NCBI RefSeq assembly: GCF_004010195.1 | Contig: NC_057750.1 | Location: forward strand, 17,580,499 to 17,601,510 | Length of the DNA: 21,012 nucleotides | Origin: Chiloscyllium plagiosum | Lineage: Eukaryota | Direction of reading: 5' to 3' | Shown: piece after piece, positions 10,171 through 19,590 of the stretch | Numbering within the stretch: position 1 is the first letter of the stretch | Layout of the letters: each line of letters begins with the position of its first letter | Program-made: the position numbers and the translations under genes | Notes under the pieces: model-generated | Told to the model about the DNA's origin: nothing | Seen by the model: the letters and a program-made list of their open reading frames with translations, nothing else | The model's database searches: none

Positions 10171-10691
10171 TACTAGATTGATAAAACTGAAGCATGATAT
10201 TCTCACTGGTCTCTCCACACAGAAACAATGCATTTCCTTTTGAAGGCTGGTGTTTGGGTGGGGGGAGGTTTGAGATGTAGAGTAATTACAGCCTATGGAA
10301 ATATGTGAGTTAAGTTCTTGATGCTGTGGGAGTGCAGCTTGCCATTGAAAATTGAGAGTCTTTAATACTAAACATGGGAATTAGCATGTTGGCTGTTACA
10401 TAAACTGTCTCCCTGCCATCATGGAAAGTGCACCAACTCTCAAACCATTTGCTATTGTCAAGATTCTTCTTTTCTTTAGTTCTTTTCCAGAAGTTTCTTA
10501 ATACACTGCATTTTTAATAAGTTTCACTTATGAAAGCAGAAAATATCAGCACTGAGGGATAAACAATAGCCAGTTCCACAATGAGGAATTTGGTTACAAA
10601 ATATCAGGCTGTGTAATGTGGCATGGCACTCCCAGAATATGCCAAATGGCTGAAGGAGAATATTTCAGACCCAAGAAGCATGAGAGCCACT

Positions 10692-10765
10692 GAATCAGGA
10701 AAGAGGCCATTCGGTCCCTTGAGCCTGGTTTGCCATTTGATTAAATCGCAATTGATTTGAATGTA
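10692..10765 (-). mobile_element. Old CR1-type 3' tail fragment
   Basis: ggccattcggtcccttgagcctg...gccatttgatta; the minus strand translates as DLIKWQTRLKGPNGL, like CR1 3' ends. Confidence 0.5.
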
Positions 10766-10813
10766 AATGCCTTTACCCTTCCTGGCTCCACAAACAGTAA
10801 TGACCTTACCCAC

Positions 10814-11063
10814 GGGCAGCATGATTTCTCGGTGGTTAGCATCAATGTCTCAAAGTACCAGAGACCTGGGTTCAATTTGAGTCTCTGTGGAGCTCTCCCC
10901 GTGTCTGTATGAGTTTCCACCCTCTGCTCCGGTTTCCTCCAACAGTCCAAATATGCGCAAGTAAGCTGGATTTGGTCATGCTAAACTGTTTGTAGTGTGC
11001 AGGTTAGGTGGGTCAGCCATGCAGGGTTATGATGATAGGGTAGGGGGAGTGGGTGGGGATGCT
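10814..11063 (+). mobile_element. Degenerate HE1-type V-SINE
   Basis: Diverged head, central domain (ctccggtttcctcc...cagtccaaa) and partial tail. Confidence 0.8.
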
Positions 11064-11449
11064 CTAATACAAATCCCATGTATTTCAGAATTCACAGATT
11101 CAAATCTCGGATTTGAAACACTTTTAGCCTCAATAATTTTCTGATGAATCTGCATTGTCATCTCTGAGGGCATTACACCTTCATGAACTGCTCTGCACAT
11201 AACTGAGTATAGTGATCTATATGGGGTCTGACTATTGGGGCCGACAGCTATAGCTAATCAAGCCCTTTGTCATCCATCCCCTCAGGCTAAAGAACAACAC
11301 TCAATGAGCTTTTTGATAGTCTAGTGAACCTGTTTGGTTAAAATCAACAAGGTAAAAACAATGACTGCAAGATGCTGGAAACCAGATTCTGGATTAGTGG
11401 TGCTGGAAGAGCACAGCAGTTCAGGCAGCATCCGAGGAGCAGCAAAATC

Positions 11450-11477
11450 GATGTTTCGGGCAAAAGCCCTTCATCAG
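11450..11477 (-). ncRNA. Minimal hammerhead ribozyme motif (AUC triplet)
   Basis: The minus strand reads CUGAUGA-A-GGGC-UUUU-GCCC-GAAAC-AUC. The ACGU palindrome is broken by a CpG transition. Confidence 0.5.
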
Positions 11478-11532
11478 GAATAAAGGCAGTGAGCCTGAAT
11501 CTCTCCATGCTTCAGGCTCTCTGCCTTTATTC

Positions 11533-11560
11533 CTGATGAAGGGCTTTTGCCTGAAACGTT
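11533..11560 (+). ncRNA. Minimal hammerhead ribozyme motif (GUU triplet)
   Basis: CUGAUGA-A-GGGC-UUUU-GCCU-GAAAC-GUU. Confidence 0.55.
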
Positions 11561-11811
11561 GATTTCGCTGCTCCTCGGATGCTGCCTGAACTGCTGTGCT
11601 CTTCCAGCACCACTAATCCAGAATGTGAACCTGTTTGCTGACTCTTAACAAAATTACAATGTCGGGATCTCAAAGTGATATCAGTCCACTTTAATGGAAT
11701 GAAATAGATAATAAACCATAATGAGGTGCTTATTGTTGTACTGAGCAGGTAGTTCAATCAACTTTTGTAGAAATCGCCCAGATTCCATCTCACTAGCACT
11801 CACCCCTCTAA

Positions 11812-12303
11812 GGGCTCTCACCAACTTTTACCAATGCACCATAGAAAGGGTTTTATGTGGACGGCTTGCCACTGCACCTGCTGTGTCCATAAACGCTCCA
11901 GAAACTTGTAAACACAGCCTAGACTATCAGGCAAACCAACCTTCCATCCACTGACTCCATTTACACTGCTCGATGCCTCGGAAAGGCAGCCAACATCATC
12001 AAAGCCCCCTCCCACCCCGGTTAGAATCTCTTCCAACTTCTTCCATAGGCAGAGGGTAGAAAAGATTAAACGCACGTACCAACAGGTTTGAGAACAGCTT
12101 CTTCCCCGCTGTTATTAGATTTTCTGAATGGACCTCTCAAATTTCAAATCTAACATTGATCTTGCTTTTTGTACACCCTCTTTGCAGCTGCAACTTAGTA
12201 TTCCTCAGTCTGTTCAATCACCCCACATACGGTATGATCTACCTGTACTGCATACAAGACGAAACTTTTCACAGTACTCAATCAAAAATCAAATCAAATC
12301 AAA
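11812..12303 (+). mobile_element. Rex1/Babar-type LINE 3' end
   Basis: Collinear with 19133-19510, which follows a Rex1-type RT. Ends in an (AAATC)n tail. Confidence 0.8.
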
Positions 12304-12417
12304 CTTCCCAGCCTTTCAACAGCTGATGGTGCATCCTCTTGAACAGGCTGGTGATCAAATTGCAGTGTGGGATTCAGTATTTAATCCAGTAACACTGAGG
12401 CAACAGTCATTGTAAGG

Positions 12418-12530
12418 TAGCCGCTGTGGTTTTCATCCCTGAGTCAGAAAGTTGTGGGGTCAAGAGATTCTGCATATAATTCAGCCGACCCCTGCCCTGT
12501 TCCACTTCAGAATAGTGTTGAGGGATTATT
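12418..12530 (+). mobile_element. Degenerate head of an old (SacSINE1/Deu-like) SINE
   Basis: ctgagtcagaaagttgtggggtcaag head, similar to the inverted copy at 12590-12716. Confidence 0.4.
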
Positions 12531-12589
12531 TTGTGTTCACCAGCGAGGACAGGTGGCAGTTTGTGGTTGTAACATCCCATTCCAAGGGA

Positions 12590-12716
12590 TGGGTGCAGCA
12601 CTCCCTCTATATTGGACTAGGAGTCCAAGCTTAGATCCTTTGCCTGTGTCTCCTGCATGGGGATTGAACTGATCTGAGTCAGAGGCGAGAGTGTTACCCA
12701 CCGGCTCATCGCTGAC
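12590..12716 (-). mobile_element. Degenerate head of an old (SacSINE1/Deu-like) SINE
   Basis: The minus strand reads ggtgggtaacactctcgcctctgactcaga...gttcaatccc...gagggagtgctgcac. Confidence 0.55.
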
Positions 12717-13210
12717 ACGATTGGGAGGCTTCAAAAGCAAAACAGCAAATACGCCACGAGATTCTGATTAATCGTTGCTGATTTTGCAAAGTTCTGTTCT
12801 TTGGATCAAATATATATTTTGAATAATGACGAGACGGTGAGGAAGATGTCGCAGATGGTTGCTGATGCTGAAATGATTGGGCTTGTTATTAGATCTGATC
12901 ACGGTGGCAGTGCCTAGCAGAAAGGCACAATATTTGGCAGAGATGCTGATTATACCAGCCACCACAGATGGTATTACACAATACAAATAATACCTGTGAA
13001 AACACTTGGAAAGGGTAGTTTGATACAGCAAGGTCATGTAGGAGAATATGGTTCGAGGAACACTTTGATTTGTACATTTATGGGTTGGAATCAATGCAGC
13101 TGTAAACACTGAAAGGTGCTGGCCAATTCACCAGTGACACTCAAACATTGGCGATGAGAAATGACATTGCAAGTAAATTGTACCTGGACCATTGACAACT
13201 CACACTCTCG

Positions 13211-13534
13211 TAGATTTTAGATTAGATTACTTACAGTGTGGAAACAGGCCCTTCGGCCCAACAAGTCCACACTGACCCGCCGAAGCGCAACCCACCCAGA
13301 CCCATTCCCCTACATTTACCCCTTCACCTAACACTACGGGCAATTTAGCATGGCCAATTCACCTAACCTGCATATTTTTGGACTGTGGGAGTAAACCGTA
13401 GCACCCGGAGGAAACCACGCAGACACAGGGAGAATGTGCAAACTCCACACAGACAGTCACCTGAGGCGGGAATTGAACCCGGGTCTCTGGTGCTGTGAGG
13501 CAGCAGTGCTAACCACTGTGCCACCGTGCCGCCC
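13211..13534 (-). mobile_element. Young full-length HE1-type V-SINE
   Basis: Close reverse complement of 16249-16579, with intact A and B boxes and a (TAATC)n tail. Confidence 0.95.
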
Positions 13535-13654
13535 ACAGCACTGTTTTAGTCCTTCCTTCATTTGGATCTAATATTTTCCTTTCAAATCTGTATTCTGTCC
13601 TCCTTTCTTGAAGGTGCTAATTCAGGTTGGAGGAGTGGGGGGGGTCTTGAGGGG

Positions 13655-13930
13655 CCCCCTGTGGTGCTTATGTAGTGTCCCTATTCCTGGACCAGGGGGT
13701 CCAGATTCAAATCAACTAGGCAAAAGTGAGGACTGCAGATGCTGGAAATCAGAGTCTAGATCAGAGGGTCCCTGCCTTCATTCCTTTTGCCCGAAACGTT
13801 GATTTTCCTGCTCCTCGGGTGCTGCCTGACCAGCTGTGCTTTTCCAGTGCCACTCTGATCTAGACCCGAGTTCAAATCATACCTGCTCCAGACGTGTGTA
13901 ATAATATCTCTGAACAGGTTGATTAGAAAG
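13655..13930 (+). mobile_element. Short tRNA-derived SINE-like element interrupted by a Penelope-like insertion
   Basis: B-box-like gttcaaatc duplicated around the insert. A related relic lies at ~14705-14785 (gtagtgtcc...aacag(a/g)ttgatt). Confidence 0.5.
13715..13865. mobile_element. Short Penelope-like insertion with hammerhead 5' core deleted
   Basis: Same left end as 7113 (aaagtgaggactgcagatgctgg), inverted arms tctagatcagag/ctctgatctaga, remnant ttttgcccgaaacgtt, and TTCAAATCA repeated at 13706-13714 and 13871-13879. Confidence 0.75.
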
Positions 13931-14184
13931 ATAGGTTAAAAGAAATATAGTGTTCTACTGGTTTGGCAACTATTGGGAACCTGATACGGATAAGGCACAT
14001 AAATGACTGCTTCCTCCCCCCTCCCACCACGCACCCCCTCCCGCCACGCCCCCACCATTTCTAATGAGACAGGGACTCCAGGGATTTAACATTGACATTC
14101 TCATGAAGTTGTGAGGTTCCTGCTACAGGTACCTTCTCTGACATGGACAGTCTCTGCTCTTATTACCTCAACCCCAGCAAGGTA

Positions 14185-14394
14185 AAGATAAAGTCACTGG
14201 AGTCCCAGCAGACTATAGGGCTGCTCTCTCATTAGAGAGAGAGGCAACTTGTTGACGGGATTTAACCAGAGGGTCACTATTCTTCACAGTGAGGGTAAGG
14301 TTGAGAAGGAGATTCCTTCATCGTTACCCCAGCTGGTACGGGAATGGAACCCTTGAAGTTAGCATCACTCTGTCCAGCCAACTGAGCTAACTGA
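14185..14394 (-). mobile_element. tRNA-derived SINE (second family)
   Basis: The minus strand starts gttagctcagttggctggacag, matching 9016-9040. Confidence 0.7.
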
Positions 14395-14551
14395 CTATGA
14401 GGGGGACAGATATTCAGCAATAGTTATAGTGGTTCCCAGCCAGTTCCTGGTCCTGGTTTGGTTAGGTTGACAAGACCCAGGTGGGTCTGATGGGAGTTGG
14501 GCCCAGGCTATGGTAACAAAGCCCCTGAGTTTAAAATGATCTAGATCGCTC

Positions 14552-15105
14552 TCAGTAACTCAGTTGCAGGCCTAAGGCCCACACCGAATCCCCAGGCTGT
14601 ACTGCAGGGGTCAAAATCAATCACGTCAATACTGGTGGGAATCAAATAACCGTGAAACTACAAAACAAAAACTCATCTGGTTCACTAATGCCACCCTTAC
14701 TTGTTGTAGTGTCCTGTCTCTGGGTGGGGAGGTCTCAACTGTGTCTGAAGGTGTGCCGTAACATGTCCAAACAGATTGATTGATAAATATTTCAGAAATA
14801 TCACCTGAAATCCAGACTTCCCATGGGGGAGAAAAATCAAAAGTACTTGAAAATGCACATAATTAGTGCGATCTTGTGAAGTACATAATACGAGCTGGAC
14901 TGTTATGTCTCATTTGCCCATTTTCCTGCGTTTTGGGTAAATTTCCACCGGAAATAATTGTCAGCCAACAAGAGTAGCATTATCTTGCTGAGGCCGTGAG
15001 CTGGGGGTTATTATCATGGCCCCGGGCCTGCAGCCTTGTCTGGTGACTCCTGCAGTACAGCCTGGGGATTCAGTGTGGGCCTTAGGCCTGCAACTGAGTT
15101 ACTGA
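14552..15105. repeat. 62-bp inverted repeat pair (14552-14613 / 15044-15105) around a 430-bp spacer
   Basis: 60/62 identity by manual reverse complement. Confidence 0.95.
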
Positions 15106-15159
15106 CTGAAATGTAGGCCCCTAGTCTGCTTTGTTACGTGAGCCTTAAGAGACAATCTA

Positions 15160-15865
15160 ATCACCGCTCCTTGACATTCAATAGTGTGACTAGTGCTGAA
15201 TCCCCTACTATCAACAATCTGAGGTTACCAGTGACCAGAAACTCTACTGGACATGCCACATTAAGACAGTGACCACAAAAGCAGGTCAGAGGCTAGGAAT
15301 ACTGTGGCAAGTAACTCACTTTCTGACTTCCCCAAGTCTGTCCACTATCTACAAGGCACAAGTCAGGAATGTTATTGAGTATCTGCCATTTGCCTGGATG
15401 GGAGCAGCCCCGATTATACACACAAAGCTTGACACCATCCAGGACAAAGCAGCCGGCTTTATTCACACCATTCCCTCCTCCACCACTGTTTACTAGCAGC
15501 AGTATGTACTATCTCCAGATAGTAAAGATGCACTGCAGAAATTCATCAAATATCCTACGACAGCACCCTCCAAGCCCATGATCACTACCATCTAGAAGGA
15601 CAAAGCCGGCAGAGACGTGGGAACACCACCACCTGCGAACTCCCCTCAAGCCACTCACCACAGTCACTTTGAAACATATCGCCGTTCTTTTACTGTGGCT
15701 GGGTCAACATCCTGGAATTCCTTCCCCAACGGCATTGTGGGTCAACCCACAGCGGGTGGGCTGCAGCGATTCAAGAATGGTAGCTCACCACCACCTTCAC
15801 ATCCAGGGAATGGCAATAAATATTGGCCAGCCAGTGACACCCACACTCCACAAGTGAATGAAAAA
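15160..15865 (+). mobile_element. CR1-clade LINE (family B) 3' end
   Basis: KAGQRLGILWQVTHFLTSPSLSTIYKAQVRNVIEYLPFAWMGA...KLDTIQDKAA is a typical non-LTR ORF2 C-terminal segment. Confidence 0.85.
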
Positions 15866-16248
15866 GAAACAATGCAGGGATTTGAAAATAAGAATGAGAG
15901 TATTAAATGGGAGTCAATGAGCACAGAGTGAGTAGTGAGTAGGGCATGGTTGAAGCTCAGGAACAGCCTACAGAATTTTGCATGATTTTGACTTGATTTA
16001 TTGTAGTCATGTGTACCTGAGCACAGTGAAAAGCTTTGGTGGTGAGCAGTACAGGCAGATCATTGTATGCAAGGACACAGAGATCATAGGGTGCTGAGAC
16101 AGAATGAGGCATGTGGGTTACACTGAACAGGAAGTGCATGAAGCAAGATCAACATTAACATGATTTATTTGGACATTATTTGAAGTTAGAGAGTCCCTTC
16201 ATCAGTCTAATAATGGCAGGGAAGAAGCTGTTCTTGAACCTGCTTTGT

Positions 16249-16579
16249 GGGTGGCACGGTGGCACAGTGGTTAGCACTGCTGCCTCACAGCACCAGAGAC
16301 CCGGGTTCAATTCCCGACTCAGGCGACTGACTGTGTGGAGTTTGCACGTTCTCCCCGTGTCTGCGTGGGCTTCCTCCGGGTGCTCCGGTTTCCTCCCACA
16401 GTCCAAAGATGTGCAGGTCAGGTGAATTGGCCATGCTAAATTGCCCGTAGTGTTAGGTAAAAGGGGTAAATGTAGGGGAATGGGTGGGTTGCGCTTCAGC
16501 GGGTCAGTGTGGACTTGTTGGGCCGAAGGGCCTGTTTCCACACTGTAAGTAATCTAATCTAATCTAATCTAATCTAATC
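16249..16579 (+). mobile_element. Young full-length HE1-type V-SINE
   Basis: Intact A box TGGCACAGTGG, B box GGTTCAATTCC and (TAATC)x6 tail. Confidence 0.95.
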
Positions 16580-16646
16580 AAGCTTCTGTACCTTCTGCCT
16601 GATGGACAAGGTTGTAGGAGAGCATTACCGGGGTGGGAGGGGTCTT

Positions 16647-16756
16647 TTGATGAAGGGTTTTTACCGGAAACGTCGATTTTCCTGCTCCTCAGATGTTGCC
16701 CTGACCTGCTGTGCTTTTCCAGCGCCACTCTGGTTTCCAGCATCTGCAGTCCTCAC
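16647..16756. mobile_element. Penelope-like arm with degenerate hammerhead motif
   Basis: UUGAUGA-A-GGGU-UUUU-ACCG-GAAAC-GUC at 16647-16674. Ends ccagcatctgcagtcctcac, the reverse complement of the family's left end. Confidence 0.7.
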
Positions 16757-16808
16757 CATGACAAGGCACAAGTCAGGAGTGTTATTGAGTATCTTGCCCT
16801 CTTCCATG

Positions 16809-16898
16809 ACGTTGGCAGCCTTTCTGCAGCAGCGAGCCGTGTAAATGGAGTCTACGTTGGCAGCCTTTCCACAACAGTGGGCCATGTATACGGAGTCT
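16809..16898. repeat. Old 45-bp tandem duplication within the Rex1 relic
   Basis: acgttggcagcctttc...ggagtct occurs twice, with 8 mismatches. Confidence 0.85.
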
Positions 16899-17054
16899 AT
16901 GGATGAATGTGGGAGTGTACTCAGGAGCATTCTGAGTTAGTCAGTTCTAGTTTTGACAGCCAGATGAAATGCTGTAAGAGCAGACATTATGACTATTGAA
17001 TTACACAGTTCTGGTGATGACAATACACAGGGGTAAGGGTTAGAAAAAGCCACA

Positions 17055-17242
17055 AGGTCAGCATTTACGGTCCATCCTCTGTCTTGAGTCACGGTAGTCA
17101 GTGTGGTGAAGGTACTCCTGGTGTTGTTCAACAGTGAGGTCTGGGATTTTGACCCAGTGGCAACGGGGAAGTAGCCACTCTGTGGCAAGCAGCAGTGGTG
17201 TGTGACTTGGAGGAAACCTCAGAGGGTGATGATGCCCCTGTG
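17055..17242 (-). mobile_element. CR1-clade LINE (family B) 3' end fragment
   Basis: Reverse-complement similarity to 15620-15830 (gggattttgacccagtggc vs gtggctgggtcaacatcc). Confidence 0.6.
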
Positions 17243-17279
17243 TACCAGGCAGGAGCAATCAGTGACTGGGTTAAAGTGG

Positions 17280-17455
17280 CATTCTGTCTGCCTGGCCATG
17301 TGGACAGAAGCAGATCTGTTAGCCCTTTGCCAGTTGCTTTCTCAGTATCCTGGCCAACATCTCTCTCTAAAGCAGCACAATCAGAAACTGATTAAATGCT
17401 CATTCATCTCATTTGCCTTTTCTTGGACTTGGTTAAGTGTAAATTTATTGCAAAT
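17280..17455 (+). mobile_element. Deu-domain-like ancient SINE relic
   Basis: tcctggccaacat...gattaaatgctcattcatctcatttgc resembles the central domain of AmnSINE1/SacSINE1, from recollection only. Confidence 0.45.
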
Positions 17456-17764
17456 ACAAACTGCAGAAGTGTCAACAGAGACAAAATGGCCTCCTTCCAT
17501 TGTGTCTATTGTGAGTCATCCCTCCAGTCCCACCATTAATCAATTCTGGTCTGGACTTCAGTAATGATGTAAGGCCTGGAGTGGATGTTGTACCAGCTGC
17601 TGCCACCCTCACCAGTTGGCACTGCCCTTCAGACAAGGCCTAGTTTCTGACCAGCAACTCTAGGCGACTGGGACTTTTGACCCCAGGGTCCTTGATCCCA
17701 TGGAGAGGCCTCACCATTTGCCTGTAAATTGCCTGAGTGCAACAAGACACAGTAGGAACCTTCC

Positions 17765-18387
17765 CAACAGGACTAGACTGGGTAAATACAGGAATAATGT
17801 TCCTGATGACTGGGGATTTCAGATCCAGCGTCACAGTCTAAGGATATGGAGTAGACTATTTTAGGATTGAGATGAGGAGAAATTTCTCCACCCAGAGAGT
17901 GGTGAGACGTTGGAATTCTCTTTCACAGCAAGCAATTGAGGCCAAAATATTGAATGATTTTGAGAAAGCATGGGGCAGCACGGTGGCTCAGTGGTTAGCA
18001 CTGCTGACTCACAGCACCAGGGTCCCAGGTTCGATTCCGGCCTCGGGTGACTGTCTGTGTGGAGTTTGCACGTTTTCCCAGTGTCTGCGTGGGTTTCCTC
18101 TGGTTTCCTCCCACAGTCCAAAGATGTGCAGGTTAGGTGAATTGGCCATGCTAAATTGCCCATAGTTTTGGGTGCATTAGTCAGAGGGAAATGGGTCTGG
18201 GTGGGTTACTCTTCGGAGGGTTGGTGTGGACTTGTTGGGCCGAAGGGCCTGTTTCCACACTGTAGGGGAATCTAATCATATAATTCTTAGGGCTAAAGAG
18301 ATCAATGCGTATGGGAGAAAATGAGGACTGAGTTGGATGATCGTTTTGAGTGGAAGAGTAGTTTGAAGATCAGAATTGCCTGTTTCC
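17765..18387 (+). mobile_element. CR1 LINE 3' end interrupted by an HE1 SINE
   Basis: MRRNFSTQRVVRRWNSLSQQAIEA is a CR1 ORF2 C-terminus. LINE-like sequence resumes after 18277. Confidence 0.75.
17972..18277 (+). mobile_element. HE1-type V-SINE
   Basis: A box TGGCTCAGTGG, B box GGTTCGATTCC, central domain and tail gaatctaatc. Confidence 0.93.
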
Positions 18388-18649
18388 AAGATAGGGGCGA
18401 CATGAGGCTGCCCTCTAGCCAGTGTCTGAGAGTTCCACTGCCTCTGCAAGATTCTAGCCCTTGTTAAACAAAAGATACAGAGGCCCCAATGAACATGCTG
18501 AAACATGCTGAAAATAACAAACTGTGACTCTTACGAAAATAAAATCAAAGTGACTAGATAAAGATTTTCAATTTATTGAGCACTTGGATGGGATAGACTT
18601 CGAACCGGTGTTGTGAACTGGGGAGCTGTGCCCACTCGATGTCGGAAAT

Positions 18650-19510
18650 TCATGACCCGCAGACGGTAAGAGTAGGTGACAACAACACCTTCTCCACAAT
18701 GATCCCTCACACTGGTGCCCCGCAAGACTGCACACTCAGCCCCCAACTATACTTCCCATTCACTCATGACTGTGTGGGCAAATTCAGCTCGAACTCCATC
18801 TATACATTTGCTGATGACACCATTGATGGTGGGTCAGATCTCAAACAACAATGAGACAGAGTAATAGGAAAGAGACAGCTTAATGGCATGGTGTAAAGAC
18901 AGAAATCGCTCCCTGAATCTCAGCGAAATGAAGGAGCTGGTCATCGACTTCAGGAAACAATATGGAGGACAGACCTCTGTGTGTATCAGTGGTACTAAGA
19001 TGGAGGTAGTCAAGACTTTCAGGTTCCTAGGAGGAAATACCATCAGCAATCTATCCTGGTCCATCCACATCGACGCTACAGTCAAGAAAGCACACCAATG
19101 CCTCTATTTCCTCTGAAGACCCCAAAGAAGCCGACCAATTTTGATAGATACATCATAGGAAGCATCCTGTCCTGAGGCATCACCACTGCCCAACACTGCC
19201 ACAAATTACAGAGAGTTCTGAAAACAGTCCAGTCCATCACACAAACCAGCCTTCCATCCACTGACTCCATCCACACTTCCCACTGCCTAGGGAAAGGAGC
19301 CCAACATCATCGAAGACCCGTCCCACCCCGGTTATACTCCCTTCCACTCTCTTCCATTGGGCAGAAAATACAAAAGTTTGAAAATACAAACCAACAGATT
19401 TTGGAACAGCTTATTTCCTGCTGACCTACGAACATACTTCCCAAGTTAGAGTTGATCTTTCTCTGCACCGTCACTGTCGCTGTAACACTATGCTCTGCAG
19501 TCTGTTCAAT
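18650..19510 (+). mobile_element. Rex1/Babar-type LINE: pseudogenised RT and 3' end
   Basis: TGAPQDCTLSPQLYFPFTHDC...FADDT and WCKDRNRSLNLSEMKELVIDFRK match the Rex1 motifs TGAPQGCVLSPLL, FADD and KTKELIVDFRK. Frameshifts and stops are present. Confidence 0.88.
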
Positions 19511-19590
19511 GGCCGTACTTGAAGTGGAATGGACGAGGTTACTCCAAGATGGGAGGTTGGCACAATAACGCCCGAACCAGAACGAGACAA

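Larger units (their letters stand above)
11337..11624. mobile_element. Palindromic Penelope-like non-autonomous insertion with two hammerhead motifs
   Basis: Inverted arms 11386-11499 and 11511-11624 (114 bp, 5 mismatches) with an 11-nt loop. Perfect 13-bp flanking duplication GTGAACCTGTTTG (11324-11336, 11625-11637). Confidence 0.85.
15985..16932 (-). mobile_element. Rex1/Babar-type LINE 3' end, fragmented by nested insertions
   Basis: Reverse-complement similarity to 11900-12300 (ataatggcagggaagaagctgttcttgaacctg; ttggcagcctttc...tgtaaatggagtc). Confidence 0.75.

Noticed and set aside
9374..10243. His-rich (QTHHR)n, (ADPSQ)n and (GLPVM)n proteins
   Set aside because: These are alternative frames of the same 15-bp minisatellite, with no splice or homology support.
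12768..13109. Minus-strand 113-aa ORF with a hydrophobic stretch and an acceptor-like site near 12993
   Set aside because: No recognisable homology, no convincing donor site, and a length within chance expectation.
14012..14056. C-rich tract with G-quadruplex potential on the minus strand
   Set aside because: A short low-complexity tract with no supporting context; such tracts are common in vertebrate DNA.
16249..16330. tRNA genes at SINE heads
   Set aside because: The A and B boxes are followed by SINE body and tail, and no complete cloverleaf with acceptor stem is evident.
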